The notes below the pieces were generated by a model. The model made no database searches, was not told the DNA's origin, and worked only from the letters and a program-made list of their open reading frames with translations. This document shows positions 9,647-20,448 of a DNA stretch of 64,000 bases, in pieces. How positions within the stretch are numbered: the stretch's first letter is position 1; every line of letters begins with the position of its first letter. This DNA comes from a candidate division WWE3 bacterium (GTDB lineage Bacteria; Patescibacteriota; WWE3; UBA101185; UBA10185). Location of the stretch: NCBI GenBank assembly GCA_052035175.1, contig JBPOHV010000001.1:41569-105568 (forward strand), written 5' to 3'. The position numbers and the translations under genes are program-made.

Positions 9647-10873
9647 TTATTGTCTACTACTTATACCCAAGATCACCCAAAACAAAAGGTGCGTTTGCTG
9701 TGAAGTAAAGAAAAAATGATCAAAAAACGACATTAGAAACACAACAAAAACAAGAGTAGAAGCGGTTTTATTGTTGTAAGAGTAAAATAATGCATTAACA
9801 AAGAACAAAACTAAAAACGTAAACACAATAATTCCATTTTCGGCTAAAACGAGTAAAAACAGATTATGAATCGGTTGAATAAAGTCAAACCTAGCAATAC
9901 TAGGAGCAAATTCAGTAATTACTTTGGCGCTAATATTGGACCCAATGCCATAAAATAAACTGTGATTAGCAATATCAAACGCAGCCGCATTCAATTCAAA
10001 ACGTCTGTACAACGATGCATGATTAGAAAACACAGCATTATCACCAAACAATGGTAAAACACTGTACAAAACCAAAATAGAAATACTTACGGGCAAAATA
10101 AGCGCACGTCTATCAAAATAAATTAAGCTTATTAATAAACAAAAAAAAGATATGTAACTAAAAGTTAAAAACAAGCATACACTCAGTACACAAAATAGCA
10201 CTTTGTATAATTTTTGATATCTTTGCGACTGTGTATTTGAAATAAGATACAAAGCACAAACTATAGCTATAACCAAAGCAGCTCCAAACGTGTTTGGGTG
10301 TCTAAATAGCCCATACGCCGGAACAATACTGCGCCCGAATAAATGTTCTTTAGAAATCCCAAAAGTGTTTGCTGTATACGGTTGCTCGCCAAATACAGCA
10401 TAAGTATTGAAAACAGAACCTTGGTTAATACTTTGAGCAATGCCCAATACGCTCACAAAAAACATAGATAAAACAATAAGCTTATATACGGTTACAAGTT
10501 GAAGATCTGATAAGGTCACTGTGTACAGCGCTACACAAATGTACAACACTGTGCGTAAAAAGATTGTAATAGACACCAAAGGTACCAATGAATAAAAAAG
10601 ACTAAGAAAACTACTAAACAAAAAAAACACAGCGAGATAAAAAAACTTGTGTTTGTATACAAATGTTAAATCTGGAGAACTCATAAACCAACTAAACAAA
10701 AAACACATACTCAAAATATCTTGCACATACAAAGTTGGAATTAAATAATCTAACAAAAAACCATCAACAAAAGAGAAATTATAAATAAAATGCAATCCCA
10801 AATTTATAGGAAAGCAAACTATCAATAACCAAAACAAAAATTTACTAATAACTACCCAATTAAATTTCGACAT
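9647..10873 (-). CDS. O-antigen ligase (Wzy_C) family membrane protein
   Basis: Multi-TM; YGLFRHPN, GIG, QPIHNLFLLVLAENG. Confidence 0.8.
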   Translation of the reverse strand: MSKFNWVVISKFLFWLLIVCFPINLGLHFIYNFSFVDGFLLDYLIPTLYVQDILSMCFLFSWFMSSPDLTFVYKHKFFYLAVFFLFSSFLSLFYSLVPLVSITIFLRTVLYICVALYTVTLSDLQLVTVYKLIVLSMFFVSVLGIAQSINQGSVFNTYAVFGEQPYTANTFGISKEHLFGRSIVPAYGLFRHPNTFGAALVIAIVCALYLISNTQSQRYQKLYKVLFCVLSVCLFLTFSYISFFCLLISLIYFDRRALILPVSISILVLYSVLPLFGDNAVFSNHASLYRRFELNAAAFDIANHSLFYGIGSNISAKVITEFAPSIARFDFIQPIHNLFLLVLAENGIIVFTFLVLFFVNALFYSYNNKTASTLVFVVFLMSFFDHFFFTSQQTHLLFWVILGISSRQ

Positions 10874-10898
10874 AAACTATTTAAATTCAGCCAAATAC

Positions 10899-11681
10899 TT
10901 ACTTAGCCGTTAATCTTTTTTTATGGGCAGTTGCAACTATAGTATCAAAGTTGTGTGGTAATGCTACAAGTGTATCAATCTGTAAACTTCCTGCGATTAA
11001 ATAATCGGCAATATGGGGATTTTTTGAAAGTATTGGCCCATGCAAATATGTTCCAAAACTATTTTTATACAAAAAACCTTCTGTACCGTCTTCGCCATTA
11101 TTACCATAACCATGTAGAACTTTTCCCAAAGCTAGATCAGGAGTTCCCAAATAAGTTCGCCCACCATGATTCTCAAAACCTACCAAAGTATCTCCAAAAG
11201 TATTTATCTTTTTAAAAAGTTCATTTTGTAATAAAACGGGCGAAATTTTTACATTTAAATTTCCTATACATCTTGTTTTAAATTTACCAAAATGCTCAGT
11301 ATAAAGGTCAAAAATAGCCAGTCCTTCAATATATTCACCTGTAGCCGACTTGTAATATTTTCCTAACAGTTGATAAGAACCACAAATATATAAACCAAAA
11401 CCATTATTTGCTATGTAATCAGACATAAAAGTTTTTTTATTATTCAGAAAGTCCAAATACATTTCTCGTTGTTGTGCATCGGGCCCACCACCCATAACAA
11501 TAATATCTATATCTCTTACATTAATTTTGGCAACACTATCATGAATTGATATCTCATTAACTTCTACCTCAATACCGCGGTTTTTTGCACGATATACAAG
11601 TATTTCTACATTACCAGCATCACCATATAAGTTAAGATTTTCTGGATACAAATACGCTATTTTTAATTTTTTATTTGTCAT
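10899..11681 (-). CDS. gatD: Lipid II isoglutaminyl synthase, glutaminase subunit
   Basis: LNLYGDAGN, ICGSYQLLG, GFENHGG, GTYLHGP. Confidence 0.9.
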   Translation of the reverse strand: MTNKKLKIAYLYPENLNLYGDAGNVEILVYRAKNRGIEVEVNEISIHDSVAKINVRDIDIIVMGGGPDAQQREMYLDFLNNKKTFMSDYIANNGFGLYICGSYQLLGKYYKSATGEYIEGLAIFDLYTEHFGKFKTRCIGNLNVKISPVLLQNELFKKINTFGDTLVGFENHGGRTYLGTPDLALGKVLHGYGNNGEDGTEGFLYKNSFGTYLHGPILSKNPHIADYLIAGSLQIDTLVALPHNFDTIVATAHKKRLTAK

Positions 11682-12811
11682 AATATTTTTCTACCCAGAA
11701 GTAACTTTCTCATATCAAGCATTGCAGAATAATTTGGGAAGCAAATGATATTTTTATAGATTTTTTGTTGCAAAAATTGAGTCAAATCAGTAATTAAATT
11801 GATATTGCCCGGATTAATGCCAGCATAACACAAACGGATATACATATCTTCAGCACGCGTTCCACAGACAAATACAGGCAAGTCTAAACAAAACTGTTTA
11901 AGCAATTGAGGTTGTATATCATAAATCCAAGATACATCCCGACCATCTGGTATTTTGTCGTTCAACATGAAAACTACAGAATCATATACCGCAGACGAAA
12001 TGAAAGTTAAATTATTGTTAGCACTTTGTGGGTTTTTATTTAAAAAAATAGTGTAAGTAACACTGTCTCGCGACACAACTTCACCGCGACCAAAAGCAGT
12101 ATCAACTGTAGAAATAGCCTCAATACTTTTTGCTTCATCTAGATTAAAAATGGCACTCAAAGCCAAAGCAGCATTTATGTTGTACGCATTAAAATCACCT
12201 TTGAATTTTGTCTGATTCAAATAAGTAAGATTGCCGTCAAAATACAAGGTTCTACCATTAAATATCTTTTGAAATTTATGAAAATTGTGTTGATCAGAAT
12301 TTATTAATAAAAATGCACTTTGTGGCAAAGATGCAATAGCCGTAAGCCATCTTTCAAAAATAACATCGGTTTCACCATAACGATCTAGCTGATCGCGTGA
12401 CAAGTTAAGCAAAATCAAAGCACTAGGTAATTTGTAAGACATAACAATAGGCAAATTAAACTCATCTATTTCAAATACACCAAAGTCAGCTACAGATTTA
12501 TTTAATAAACATGCAGTGACAACACCATTTAACAAATTGGCGCCACTATCGTTATGTATCACAGAGTAACCATTTTTACACAAAAGAGTGGTTATTAATT
12601 TGGACGTAGTTGTTTTACCATTTGTACCGCTAATAAAAACTAAACCTTTTGTAAATGAAATATGCTTATCAGATAAAACATCTGGATAAAGCATTAATGC
12701 AATGTGACCTGGCCAAGTCAAACCTGTACCCAGTTTAAAATTATTAATTAATTTATTTACTAAGTAAGCTATTACTTTTACACAATAAAATCTAAATGAG
12801 TTAGTCCACAT
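11678..12811 (-). CDS. murT: Lipid II isoglutaminyl synthase, Mur ligase subunit (DUF1727)
   Basis: SGTNGKTTT, GANL..G, LSRDQLDRYGE, KNP, DGRDVSWIYD; coupled to gatD. Confidence 0.9.
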   Translation of the reverse strand: MWTNSFRFYCVKVIAYLVNKLINNFKLGTGLTWPGHIALMLYPDVLSDKHISFTKGLVFISGTNGKTTTSKLITTLLCKNGYSVIHNDSGANLLNGVVTACLLNKSVADFGVFEIDEFNLPIVMSYKLPSALILLNLSRDQLDRYGETDVIFERWLTAIASLPQSAFLLINSDQHNFHKFQKIFNGRTLYFDGNLTYLNQTKFKGDFNAYNINAALALSAIFNLDEAKSIEAISTVDTAFGRGEVVSRDSVTYTIFLNKNPQSANNNLTFISSAVYDSVVFMLNDKIPDGRDVSWIYDIQPQLLKQFCLDLPVFVCGTRAEDMYIRLCYAGINPGNINLITDLTQFLQQKIYKNIICFPNYSAMLDMRKLLLGRKIL

Positions 12812-12819
12812 ATAAGCTG

Positions 12820-13107
12820 TATATATTATATATATATTTAGTAGTAGTAATAGTAGTGTATGTGGATAAGTTGATAGTTTCTTTATTTGTTTTCATCTCA
12901 ACTTATTTTGTTTGCGCGATTTGTTAATAACTACTTTTTGGTTGTTCTTGCTCATTTTTATGTGCTTCATTTTAAGTTTATACTTTGCTGGTTTGTTTTT
13001 GCTTTGTTTATATCTGCCGTTTGTTTGTATATAACTTTGTGCAGATCTATTATAGTTATCCCCGTACCTTATAGTAATACACTAAGTTGTTCAGATATTG
13101 GTATAAG
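12820..13107. other. Probable chromosomal replication origin (oriC)
   Basis: AT-rich run 12820-12840, TAG-type trio repeats 12839-12856, DnaA box TGTGGATAA 12861-12869; directly downstream of dnaA; + strand changes from A/C-rich to T/G-rich here. Confidence 0.85.
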
Positions 13108-14514
13108 TTATGCACTTGTGTAAATAAGATTTTTAATAGACTCTATTTGTTGCTTTATTTCTTGTTCTTGTTGTATTTGTTCGCCTACTTTTCTTACACC
13201 GTGCAAAATAGTTGTATGATCTCTTCCGCCCAAAAAATCACCTATTGTCATAAAAGGAGTTTTTGTTATTTCATACATCAGATACATAGCTACTTGTCTT
13301 GGTATTACTAAATCTTTAGTTCGACGTTTACCTTTTATATCCGTGCTTTTTAGTGAGTAGTATGTGCATACGTTTTTTAGTATGTGGTTCATGTTTACAG
13401 GTTTTTTGAAATCTATTCTCATTACATCACTTAATATATTTTTTGCTGTTTCTATTGTTATATTTGTTATTGGTATAGACTTTGCTTTTGCTACAAGTTG
13501 TATGTAAGCTCCTTCGAGTTCGCGTACATTGGTTGGCATATTCTCAGCGATAAAATCTATAACTTCATTTGAAACTGTATCTTTGTTCAGATCTCTTTTA
13601 CGTCTTAAAATTGCGCTTCGCATTTCCATATCTGGTGTTTGTATATCAACTGTCATACCACTTGCAAATCTAGATGTTATGCGTGCTGGTAATTTGGTGA
13701 ATTCTTGTGGTGGACGATCTGATGTAAGTACAATTTGTTTTTCTTCCATTGTTAACGTATTGATTGTATGAAAAAGTTCTTCTTGTGTGGTTTCTTTTCC
13801 AATAATGAATTGAACATCGTCGATTAACAGTACATCTACACTTCTATATTTTTCACGAAATTTGTTTGATGTATATTTTCCTCGAGCTTTACCCGTCTGT
13901 ACTAATTCAATAAGCTCATTTGTAAATGCTTCTCCTGTTGTGTATAAAACTTTTAGTGATGGCTTGTTTTCTAATATCTTGTTGCCAATGGCTTGAATTA
14001 GGTGAGTTTTTCCCAGACCGACTCCAGAATAAATAAACACTGGGTTATAGCTTTTTCCCGGATTATCTGTCGCTGCTGTAGCTACTGCGTATGCCAATTG
14101 ATTGTTTTTACCGATCAAGAAATTTTCTAGTGTATACTTTTTTGACAAGCCTGTATTTTGATTTGTATGCATTTGTGTGTTTTGCTCTTGTACTGTTTGT
14201 AATAAGGGTGCTTCTGCTATTTCTGGGATTTTATGCGTGATTGGCTCAAATTTTTCTACAATATATTTTATTTCAATGTGTTTTCCGTTTTTTCTATCTA
14301 CTGTGTCTTGTATCAATCCTTTTAATTTACCTGTTACCCATGATTTTACGATTGTGCTTTGGCATGCTATCAAGAGACCTTCTTGTGTAAGTGCTTTTGC
14401 ATTCGTTTTTGTTAACCAACTGTTGTATGTTCCTCCAGACAAAGTTAATTCTAACTCTGATAAAACAGAGTCCCACAACTTTTTTGCATCATTTTGTATA
14501 TAAGTATTACTCAT
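13108..14514 (-). CDS. dnaA: Chromosomal replication initiator DnaA
   Basis: YNPVFIYSGVGLGKTHL, LLIDDVQF, NVRELEGA, PRQVAMYL, GGRDHTT. Confidence 0.98.
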   Translation of the reverse strand: MSNTYIQNDAKKLWDSVLSELELTLSGGTYNSWLTKTNAKALTQEGLLIACQSTIVKSWVTGKLKGLIQDTVDRKNGKHIEIKYIVEKFEPITHKIPEIAEAPLLQTVQEQNTQMHTNQNTGLSKKYTLENFLIGKNNQLAYAVATAATDNPGKSYNPVFIYSGVGLGKTHLIQAIGNKILENKPSLKVLYTTGEAFTNELIELVQTGKARGKYTSNKFREKYRSVDVLLIDDVQFIIGKETTQEELFHTINTLTMEEKQIVLTSDRPPQEFTKLPARITSRFASGMTVDIQTPDMEMRSAILRRKRDLNKDTVSNEVIDFIAENMPTNVRELEGAYIQLVAKAKSIPITNITIETAKNILSDVMRIDFKKPVNMNHILKNVCTYYSLKSTDIKGKRRTKDLVIPRQVAMYLMYEITKTPFMTIGDFLGGRDHTTILHGVRKVGEQIQQEQEIKQQIESIKNLIYTSA

Positions 14515-14591
14515 GATTTTCTGCAGCTTGCTGCATTTTCTTTAATTAGTTATTTTTGAGGGGGCAGTCTAATAAATTTATTAAACAAAAG

Positions 14592-14600
14592 TTATCCACA
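14592..14600 (+). promoter_or_regulatory. DnaA box upstream of dnaA (autoregulatory site)
   Basis: Perfect TTATCCACA in the dnaA upstream intergenic region. Confidence 0.75.
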
Positions 14601-14604
14601 TTAA

Positions 14605-15369
14605 TCAACTAACTGTTGTTGTTGATTGTGCTTCTTTTGTCAGTTCCTGTATGTGTTTAAGACTGTCGGCATAAGCTTCTATTGCATCTTTATTTAAGTT
14701 TCCACAAAATCCTGAAAAATCTGTTGCAAATGTATGTATTATTCCGCTGTATGCTTTGTTTTTTGTTTCGTTATCCCAAATTATTATTTGTTCTATCCCT
14801 GCTTTTGCTGCTGCCATCGATCCAGTTGCTGAATCTTCAAATGCCAATGCTTCTGTATTGTTTACATCTAGCATTTTTAATATTTTTTGATACATTTCTG
14901 GATTTGGTTTTGGTTTGGATACTTCTGAAACAGTAACTATTGCATCAAATATTTCTGATAAGTCGAACATGTCCAAAACAATATCGGTAACATTTCTGGC
15001 GGTGTTAGTTACTAACCCCAGTTTTTTGCCATGATCTAGCTTTAATTCTTCTGCAAGCATATAGAACCCATCTTTTACTATTGGTGGATCTTCTTTAATT
15101 ATTTCAATAAATTTTAAGTTTGTAGCATTTACCAAGTCGGATACAGACATTTTTACGTTTGTATCATAATGGGTTTGAATTATGTCCCATATATCTGTTA
15201 GCGTTTTACCTTTGTTTGCAACGCCACCTGCATCAACCCAATCGATATTCAAGTTCTCTAGTACTTCGTCAACTGCATTGGCCCACTGTCTTTGTGTTTC
15301 GATTATTGTGCCATCCAAATCAAAAATTATTGCTTTTTTATCACCGAATATTTTTTTAAACATAATCAA
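14605..15369 (-). CDS. HAD-family phosphatase
   Basis: FDLDGT, LVTN, KPKPNPE, FEDS. Confidence 0.9.
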   Translation of the reverse strand: MIMFKKIFGDKKAIIFDLDGTIIETQRQWANAVDEVLENLNIDWVDAGGVANKGKTLTDIWDIIQTHYDTNVKMSVSDLVNATNLKFIEIIKEDPPIVKDGFYMLAEELKLDHGKKLGLVTNTARNVTDIVLDMFDLSEIFDAIVTVSEVSKPKPNPEMYQKILKMLDVNNTEALAFEDSATGSMAAAKAGIEQIIIWDNETKNKAYSGIIHTFATDFSGFCGNLNKDAIEAYADSLKHIQELTKEAQSTTTVS

Positions 15370-15554
15370 CTCATGTACATTCTTTTGTTCTTTTGAAAGA
15401 CTGTAACTATAAAAATATAAATTGCAATTGGTGGACCTACAAGAACGTTAATAGGAAACAACAATATAGAGTAGTAACCAGTTTTTTGTAGGAATATTGC
15501 ATACCAAAGGCCTCCAATTAAGTAACCTATGGCCAACAAATACACAATTATCAT
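15366..15554 (-). CDS. Small 2-TM membrane protein
   Basis: Hydrophobic 62 aa; stop overlaps the HAD gene start. Confidence 0.55.
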   Translation of the reverse strand: MIIVYLLAIGYLIGGLWYAIFLQKTGYYSILLFPINVLVGPPIAIYIFIVTVFQKNKRMYMS

Positions 15555-15592
15555 ATGTATATGTTATCATTAGTCTAAAGGATAATCTATTT

Positions 15593-15844
15593 ATGTCTAA
15601 TGATAATGTTCAATCAAATACACCTGTTTCCGAAGACACACCAGTTTCAGAACATCATAAATTTGTTTGCCCAAATTGTGGTGATATTAGTAGGGACGAT
15701 GTTATTTTTTTATGTAACAAGTGTGAGAGTGATCAGGTAATATTTAGTGACGGTATTTATATGTGCCCATCTTGTATGGCACCAGGTGAAAACTTCCAAT
15801 GCATGCTTTGTGATTCTAAAGCTGTCAAAATGATCGCTAACTAA
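15593..15844 (+). CDS. Small Cys-rich zinc-finger protein
   Basis: Four CxxC motifs (CPNC, CNKC, CPSC, CMLC); ATG 15593 after AAGGA. Confidence 0.7.
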   Translation: MSNDNVQSNTPVSEDTPVSEHHKFVCPNCGDISRDDVIFLCNKCESDQVIFSDGIYMCPSCMAPGENFQCMLCDSKAVKMIAN

Positions 15845-16269
15845 GCTTCTTCCAAAAAATCTTTCAAAATAAAGTATGCCGCAATATGGTCTGTTGTACG
15901 GCGCTCCTTAACAGTCGCGCCAAGTCTTATCGTTTCTTCGTGTGCGTCCATTGATGTGCCAAACTCATCTTGATATGTAACATGCCTTTTTGTGTATATT
16001 CGTAGTTTCTTGCCAAATTGCATAACTTTTTTTGACATCTTTGTTTCTTTACCTGCATGAGAAAGAGGTAAACCTACTACCAGTTCATCAACATGGTTTT
16101 CTATACAGTATCTTGATATTGCTTGTATTGCGTATACTTCATTGTTAAGTGTAAGTGTTGTAAGTGGTGCTATTATGCCGTTTCTAGCCAACGCAAGTCC
16201 TATATTAGTTGTTCCGTAATCTATACCCAACACTGTTAATTTTTTAATGTCTGATTTGTTTTTTGTCAT
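15841..16269 (-). CDS. ruvX: YqgF/RuvX pre-16S rRNA nuclease
   Basis: LGIDYGTTNIGLA, VVGLP, QDEFGTS, D..AA..IL. Confidence 0.9.
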   Translation of the reverse strand: MTKNKSDIKKLTVLGIDYGTTNIGLALARNGIIAPLTTLTLNNEVYAIQAISRYCIENHVDELVVGLPLSHAGKETKMSKKVMQFGKKLRIYTKRHVTYQDEFGTSMDAHEETIRLGATVKERRTTDHIAAYFILKDFLEEA

Positions 16270-17801
16270 TCTTTTTGCGTGTCTATTTCGATATTTGTAG
16301 ATTCTGTTGGAATGTTTCTAAAGAATGGCATAGTTGGAGCTATATTAATCTCATATGTGCTTATATTCCTTATTTCGCTGATTATCCTTGCAGCCTCTTG
16401 TTGATTTTTGCCTGCTAGTTCTTGTTTTAGCGTTTCATCATTTATGTCTGGTACCACAAAGGTTTTGAGCGTGACTTGTAAATCGGCTTCTTGTGATGAC
16501 AATTTGGTTTGCGCCGATTTCCCCAAAACTTCTGTTTGGATTTCTTCATCTTTTGTTGATAATACGAAGCCTTGAGGCACTAATTCCTTGGTTACTTCTT
16601 GCATCACCTTTTCTAGGTCATTTGGTGCATATACAAGGCCTTTTATATTTAAAGTTTGGTTTAGTGTTAGTTTGTTGGTTTCGTCATTTTCTTTATGACT
16701 GAGCGTTTCTTTTAACAGTATGATTTCTTCAGACCCATCTACAAGCTTTTGTGTATTTGCTATTTTTTCTTTTAATTTTCTTTTTGAGTTTTCATTGATT
16801 GTAGCCTTTATCTCTTCTTGTGCTTTTGCTATATCGGCTTTGGATACTACTTTCACAGTATCACTAGAACCGCCGTCCAAATCTTCTTTTACCTGGGCAT
16901 ATGCACTAGATGCAGAGTATTTATCTATATCCAACTTCTCGTCTTTGGCTATATTGTAGACTTTACCAAAGCCATTAGCTGTAATTGCAACATCTGCTGT
17001 ATGATATTTGACTACGCCTTCAGTTTCTCCCGGTGCCGGCGGAAGTATCTCACGCGCGGGTATTGATACTTCTTCGTCTGTTTTGTATTCCAAATCTTCT
17101 TCGTCAAATGTCAGTTTGGTGCCTTTTTTTAATTCAATGTCGTTGTCTGTGTTGTTATATATAGTTACAGTTCCTTGCGCGTAGTTACCTATCAATTTTT
17201 CTCCTGTAGTTTCTATTTCTATAGCTTCATCTATTGTTGTTTCTACTGTTTTGCCAGAAATGACTTTTTGATCTGGCGACGCTTGTCCGCTAGCTAGTAC
17301 TTTTATTTGTAAACTCCTTGTTAATGGTTGCGAGTTAACAACTATCTTGATATTTGCATGCGGTAGTGTTTTGCCCACGTATATATATGTTGCTGCTAGT
17401 AATGCGAAAATTACCCCAATCACTATCGGCGTTTTTTTCATATTTGTTTGTGAAAAGTTTGGTAAACGTATTTGCATTTTATTAAATTTAAATTTACTCA
17501 AATCTGGCATTTGTAAACCCAGCTTGAATCTACTTGTGTTACTTTGTTCTAACGTGTTGTCATTTTCAATTGTATCATCGAGTAAATTAATAAGACTTTG
17601 TGCTTTTCGATCATTTGTAATGAAATGTACCGTTTTACCTTGTTGTTCTAATTGCTTTTTTATTAGTTTAAGATTGACAACATTTTCAGCAATCAAAGCA
17701 TCTTCCGGGATTTCTAGTTCTATCCCAAAATCGTTTATATCTTTTATTTTATTTATTACAGAAATTACATTGTCGTGTATTTCTAAAGCTAGTTTAGTCA
17801 T
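16266..17801 (-). CDS. CPR-type membrane protein with baseplate-J-like extracytoplasmic region
   Basis: Cytoplasmic N-domain, one TM, A.GTVTIYN...GT.L, G..YNI, GG motifs; typical neighbour of the FtsA-like gene. Confidence 0.55.
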   Translation of the reverse strand: MTKLALEIHDNVISVINKIKDINDFGIELEIPEDALIAENVVNLKLIKKQLEQQGKTVHFITNDRKAQSLINLLDDTIENDNTLEQSNTSRFKLGLQMPDLSKFKFNKMQIRLPNFSQTNMKKTPIVIGVIFALLAATYIYVGKTLPHANIKIVVNSQPLTRSLQIKVLASGQASPDQKVISGKTVETTIDEAIEIETTGEKLIGNYAQGTVTIYNNTDNDIELKKGTKLTFDEEDLEYKTDEEVSIPAREILPPAPGETEGVVKYHTADVAITANGFGKVYNIAKDEKLDIDKYSASSAYAQVKEDLDGGSSDTVKVVSKADIAKAQEEIKATINENSKRKLKEKIANTQKLVDGSEEIILLKETLSHKENDETNKLTLNQTLNIKGLVYAPNDLEKVMQEVTKELVPQGFVLSTKDEEIQTEVLGKSAQTKLSSQEADLQVTLKTFVVPDINDETLKQELAGKNQQEAARIISEIRNISTYEINIAPTMPFFRNIPTESTNIEIDTQKE

Positions 17802-19054
17802 AATTCTTCAAATAAACTTACAAGCGCTTCTGGCTTAAACCATTCTACTGATTGTATTTTACCAGTTGCATCGTGTATATACGGTTCTATTTGGTTTAGT
17901 GTAATTCTATAGATTACAGGGTTACCTTTGAAAGGTATGCTGCGCGTCCATTGTGTAGTGTGCAAGACTTCTAGCGTGTCTTTTATTTGCATACCCTTTC
18001 CAAAAACATAAATATTTGGTGGAAAAGTTCTAACTCCTGTAAATTCTGAGAATAAAATTTCGACACCGCTTAGCCACATATTGGTTATCTCAGCTAAACA
18101 AGTTTTGATAGTGTCTACTTCGGCTTGTGTTAGTGTGTTTTTGCAATAAGCAGTCAAAACTCTTTGACCTTCTTCTAATGTAATACCCATTTTTAAACTC
18201 AATTCCTCTGCAAAGTGCCTGTATCCAATATTTAACACGCGCGTGCTTACTATACCTCCACCAAAGACAACACATATTTCTGTGTAGTCTTCTTCGATGT
18301 CCAATAATAAACAATCTAGTACATTGATGTTTAACTTTTTTAACGATTCTAGAATCGCGTACAGCTCTGATCCTATTGTGAGAAGTGTAAGCTGGGCTTT
18401 GTTGACACACTTTTTCAGCGTATCCACATGCTTTTTTGGTGTGAATGATGATGATAACGCTTGTTCTATTGTATCGCCGGTAAGGTTATATGTGCGTATT
18501 TGTTCATCCGAGACATATCTGCCGTCAATCTTTGTGTAAACAATATTTGAGGATGTGTCTATCAGATCTGTTTCTGTATTGCCGGTGATTTCAATATATT
18601 GGTTATAAGCTTCTATGCTTGCTGCGTCGGTGATTCTTTTTGAAATGTCTTGGAGCTCTTTTGGTGTAATAGCGCTTTCTCTGTGTGCGCGCACTGATTT
18701 TGCAGTTGTTATGACTCCAAGAGATAACTCACCAGAAACGCCTAAAATAACGCTATTCACAAAGTCTTCTTGTTCTTGATTTATTTCTTGCACAACTGAT
18801 GCTAGTGCCTGTGTTAACAAATCACTTCTAATTATATTTCCGCCTCTTATTGTGCCCGGCTCAAGAAAATGTTCTGCAAATGCAATTATTTTATATGGGG
18901 CTTGTGGCGCAACAGACGGTACGATGTTCGTATTTTGATCTGTTTGCGTGTCTTTATAGATAAGTAAACATTTAACTGATTCGCAGTTTATACTTATTGT
19001 TAAAAATCTGTTTGGTATTGAGGGTGGTTTTGAGAAAAAGGGCAACTTAAACAT
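17798..19054 (-). CDS. FtsA/PilM-like actin-fold protein (divergent)
   Basis: IRGGNI, LLLDIEEDYTEICV..G, IGYRHF.EEL...GI, IYVFGKG; phosphate-binding loops degenerate. Confidence 0.65.
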   Translation of the reverse strand: MFKLPFFSKPPSIPNRFLTISINCESVKCLLIYKDTQTDQNTNIVPSVAPQAPYKIIAFAEHFLEPGTIRGGNIIRSDLLTQALASVVQEINQEQEDFVNSVILGVSGELSLGVITTAKSVRAHRESAITPKELQDISKRITDAASIEAYNQYIEITGNTETDLIDTSSNIVYTKIDGRYVSDEQIRTYNLTGDTIEQALSSSFTPKKHVDTLKKCVNKAQLTLLTIGSELYAILESLKKLNINVLDCLLLDIEEDYTEICVVFGGGIVSTRVLNIGYRHFAEELSLKMGITLEEGQRVLTAYCKNTLTQAEVDTIKTCLAEITNMWLSGVEILFSEFTGVRTFPPNIYVFGKGMQIKDTLEVLHTTQWTRSIPFKGNPVIYRITLNQIEPYIHDATGKIQSVEWFKPEALVSLFEEL

Positions 19055-19092
19055 TAGTTACATTATAGGGGATGGGGGATGGTGTGTAAATT

Positions 19093-20445
19093 TTAGTTCT
19101 CAGTAAACTCACCTTCTTCTACATCTTCATACATACTCTTGTTAGCGGCATCACCATCAGCATCATCTTCCTCTTCGATTACTTGTCCATTAAGTGGACC
19201 AAATAAATGCGCATATTTTTCTTTTATTTGTTTTTTTCTTAGTGCAACTTTTTCGGGTATTTCATAAATAGCAGATCTATCACTTCCCGCTAGACTTATC
19301 AATTCCCTGTTGTATTCGTCTAATATCTCATTTAGTTTGTTTTCTAATCCTACTTCTCCTCCTTCAGCTGCAGCAGTTAAAATGCCTTCTAACCAAGAAT
19401 CAGCCGCTGCTTGTAACTTTTCTTCTGGTGTCATTGGTTCTGGCGCTGGCCCATTATCAGTTTTATATCTTCTATTCTTTATTTCAGCTTCATCAACTGG
19501 TGTTTCTGCATTTTGTTTATTTACTCTATGCCAGGTTTTATTTACCTTAGGTGTCGTGGCATTGGTAAGTGCACTTTCATATGAATCTGTGTTGTTTGCA
19601 GAAACACTTTCTATTAGTGTGTTGGTTGTTTCAGGTGTTTCTCCTATAGGCGGTTGTGCATCAGTGGGAATTTCTTCTCCTGAAGTTTGATCTGGCTCAT
19701 TGTTTTGTTGTGTTTGCGTATGTTGCTCTTCAGCCTCGTTATTAGTACTTGTATTTGTAACCCTAGGTACGCTTTCAAATAGCGAATTATTAATACCTTC
19801 TACAAAAGTTCCTACTTTTCTGTTGTGCACATGCCCATAGTGTGCAGTAAATAGCTCTGTACTCATACGTGAAGTGTTTTTACTTACTTTATTTATCCAC
19901 GCTGGGTCTAGACTACCGTCTGATTGTTTTATTTCAGAATATCTACCTTTCCCAAAATCCCAAGCTATGTTATCGAGTTCTTGATAAGTGCCTCGCAGGC
20001 TCATTCCTGGTATTGATTGCTGCTTTGAATGGTAAAACCAGTAAATTTCCGAGTAAGTAATTACAACCCGTTCGGTAAATGCTTGTATGTTTTCATCTTT
20101 TATCACTCTATACTGTGCACTTTCTTCTTCCCATAGTCTTTTGGCTACTGCATAAAGTAAATTTTTATCTTCAAATACCCATCTATCTATACCACCAACT
20201 CTTAACTGTGGTTGTGTTTTTGCTGTTTCTGTCCACGCCTGAGCTATAGCTGAGTGAAAATCATCTAAGTTAGCTTCGGTTATACTTTCTAATTTTTTTG
20301 GTTTTGCTATATCTGGCGGCCAGTTAGCCAACTCGGGTTCATGGTGATTAATAGGACGTTCTTTTATTTCTAGTTTCCATTTATCTTCGGCAATGTTCTT
20401 ATCTGTAGTGAATGCATTGACTAATTGTTCTTTTAGTATATCCAT
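19093..20445 (-). CDS. Hypothetical acidic protein
   Basis: 450-aa ORF in operon context; low-complexity linker. Confidence 0.6.
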   Translation of the reverse strand: MDILKEQLVNAFTTDKNIAEDKWKLEIKERPINHHEPELANWPPDIAKPKKLESITEANLDDFHSAIAQAWTETAKTQPQLRVGGIDRWVFEDKNLLYAVAKRLWEEESAQYRVIKDENIQAFTERVVITYSEIYWFYHSKQQSIPGMSLRGTYQELDNIAWDFGKGRYSEIKQSDGSLDPAWINKVSKNTSRMSTELFTAHYGHVHNRKVGTFVEGINNSLFESVPRVTNTSTNNEAEEQHTQTQQNNEPDQTSGEEIPTDAQPPIGETPETTNTLIESVSANNTDSYESALTNATTPKVNKTWHRVNKQNAETPVDEAEIKNRRYKTDNGPAPEPMTPEEKLQAAADSWLEGILTAAAEGGEVGLENKLNEILDEYNRELISLAGSDRSAIYEIPEKVALRKKQIKEKYAHLFGPLNGQVIEEEDDADGDAANKSMYEDVEEGEFTEN

Positions 20446-20448
20446 ATA

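Noticed and set aside
12887-13123. 78-aa ORF in the oriC region
   Set aside because: T-rich low-complexity translation of origin DNA with no coding features.
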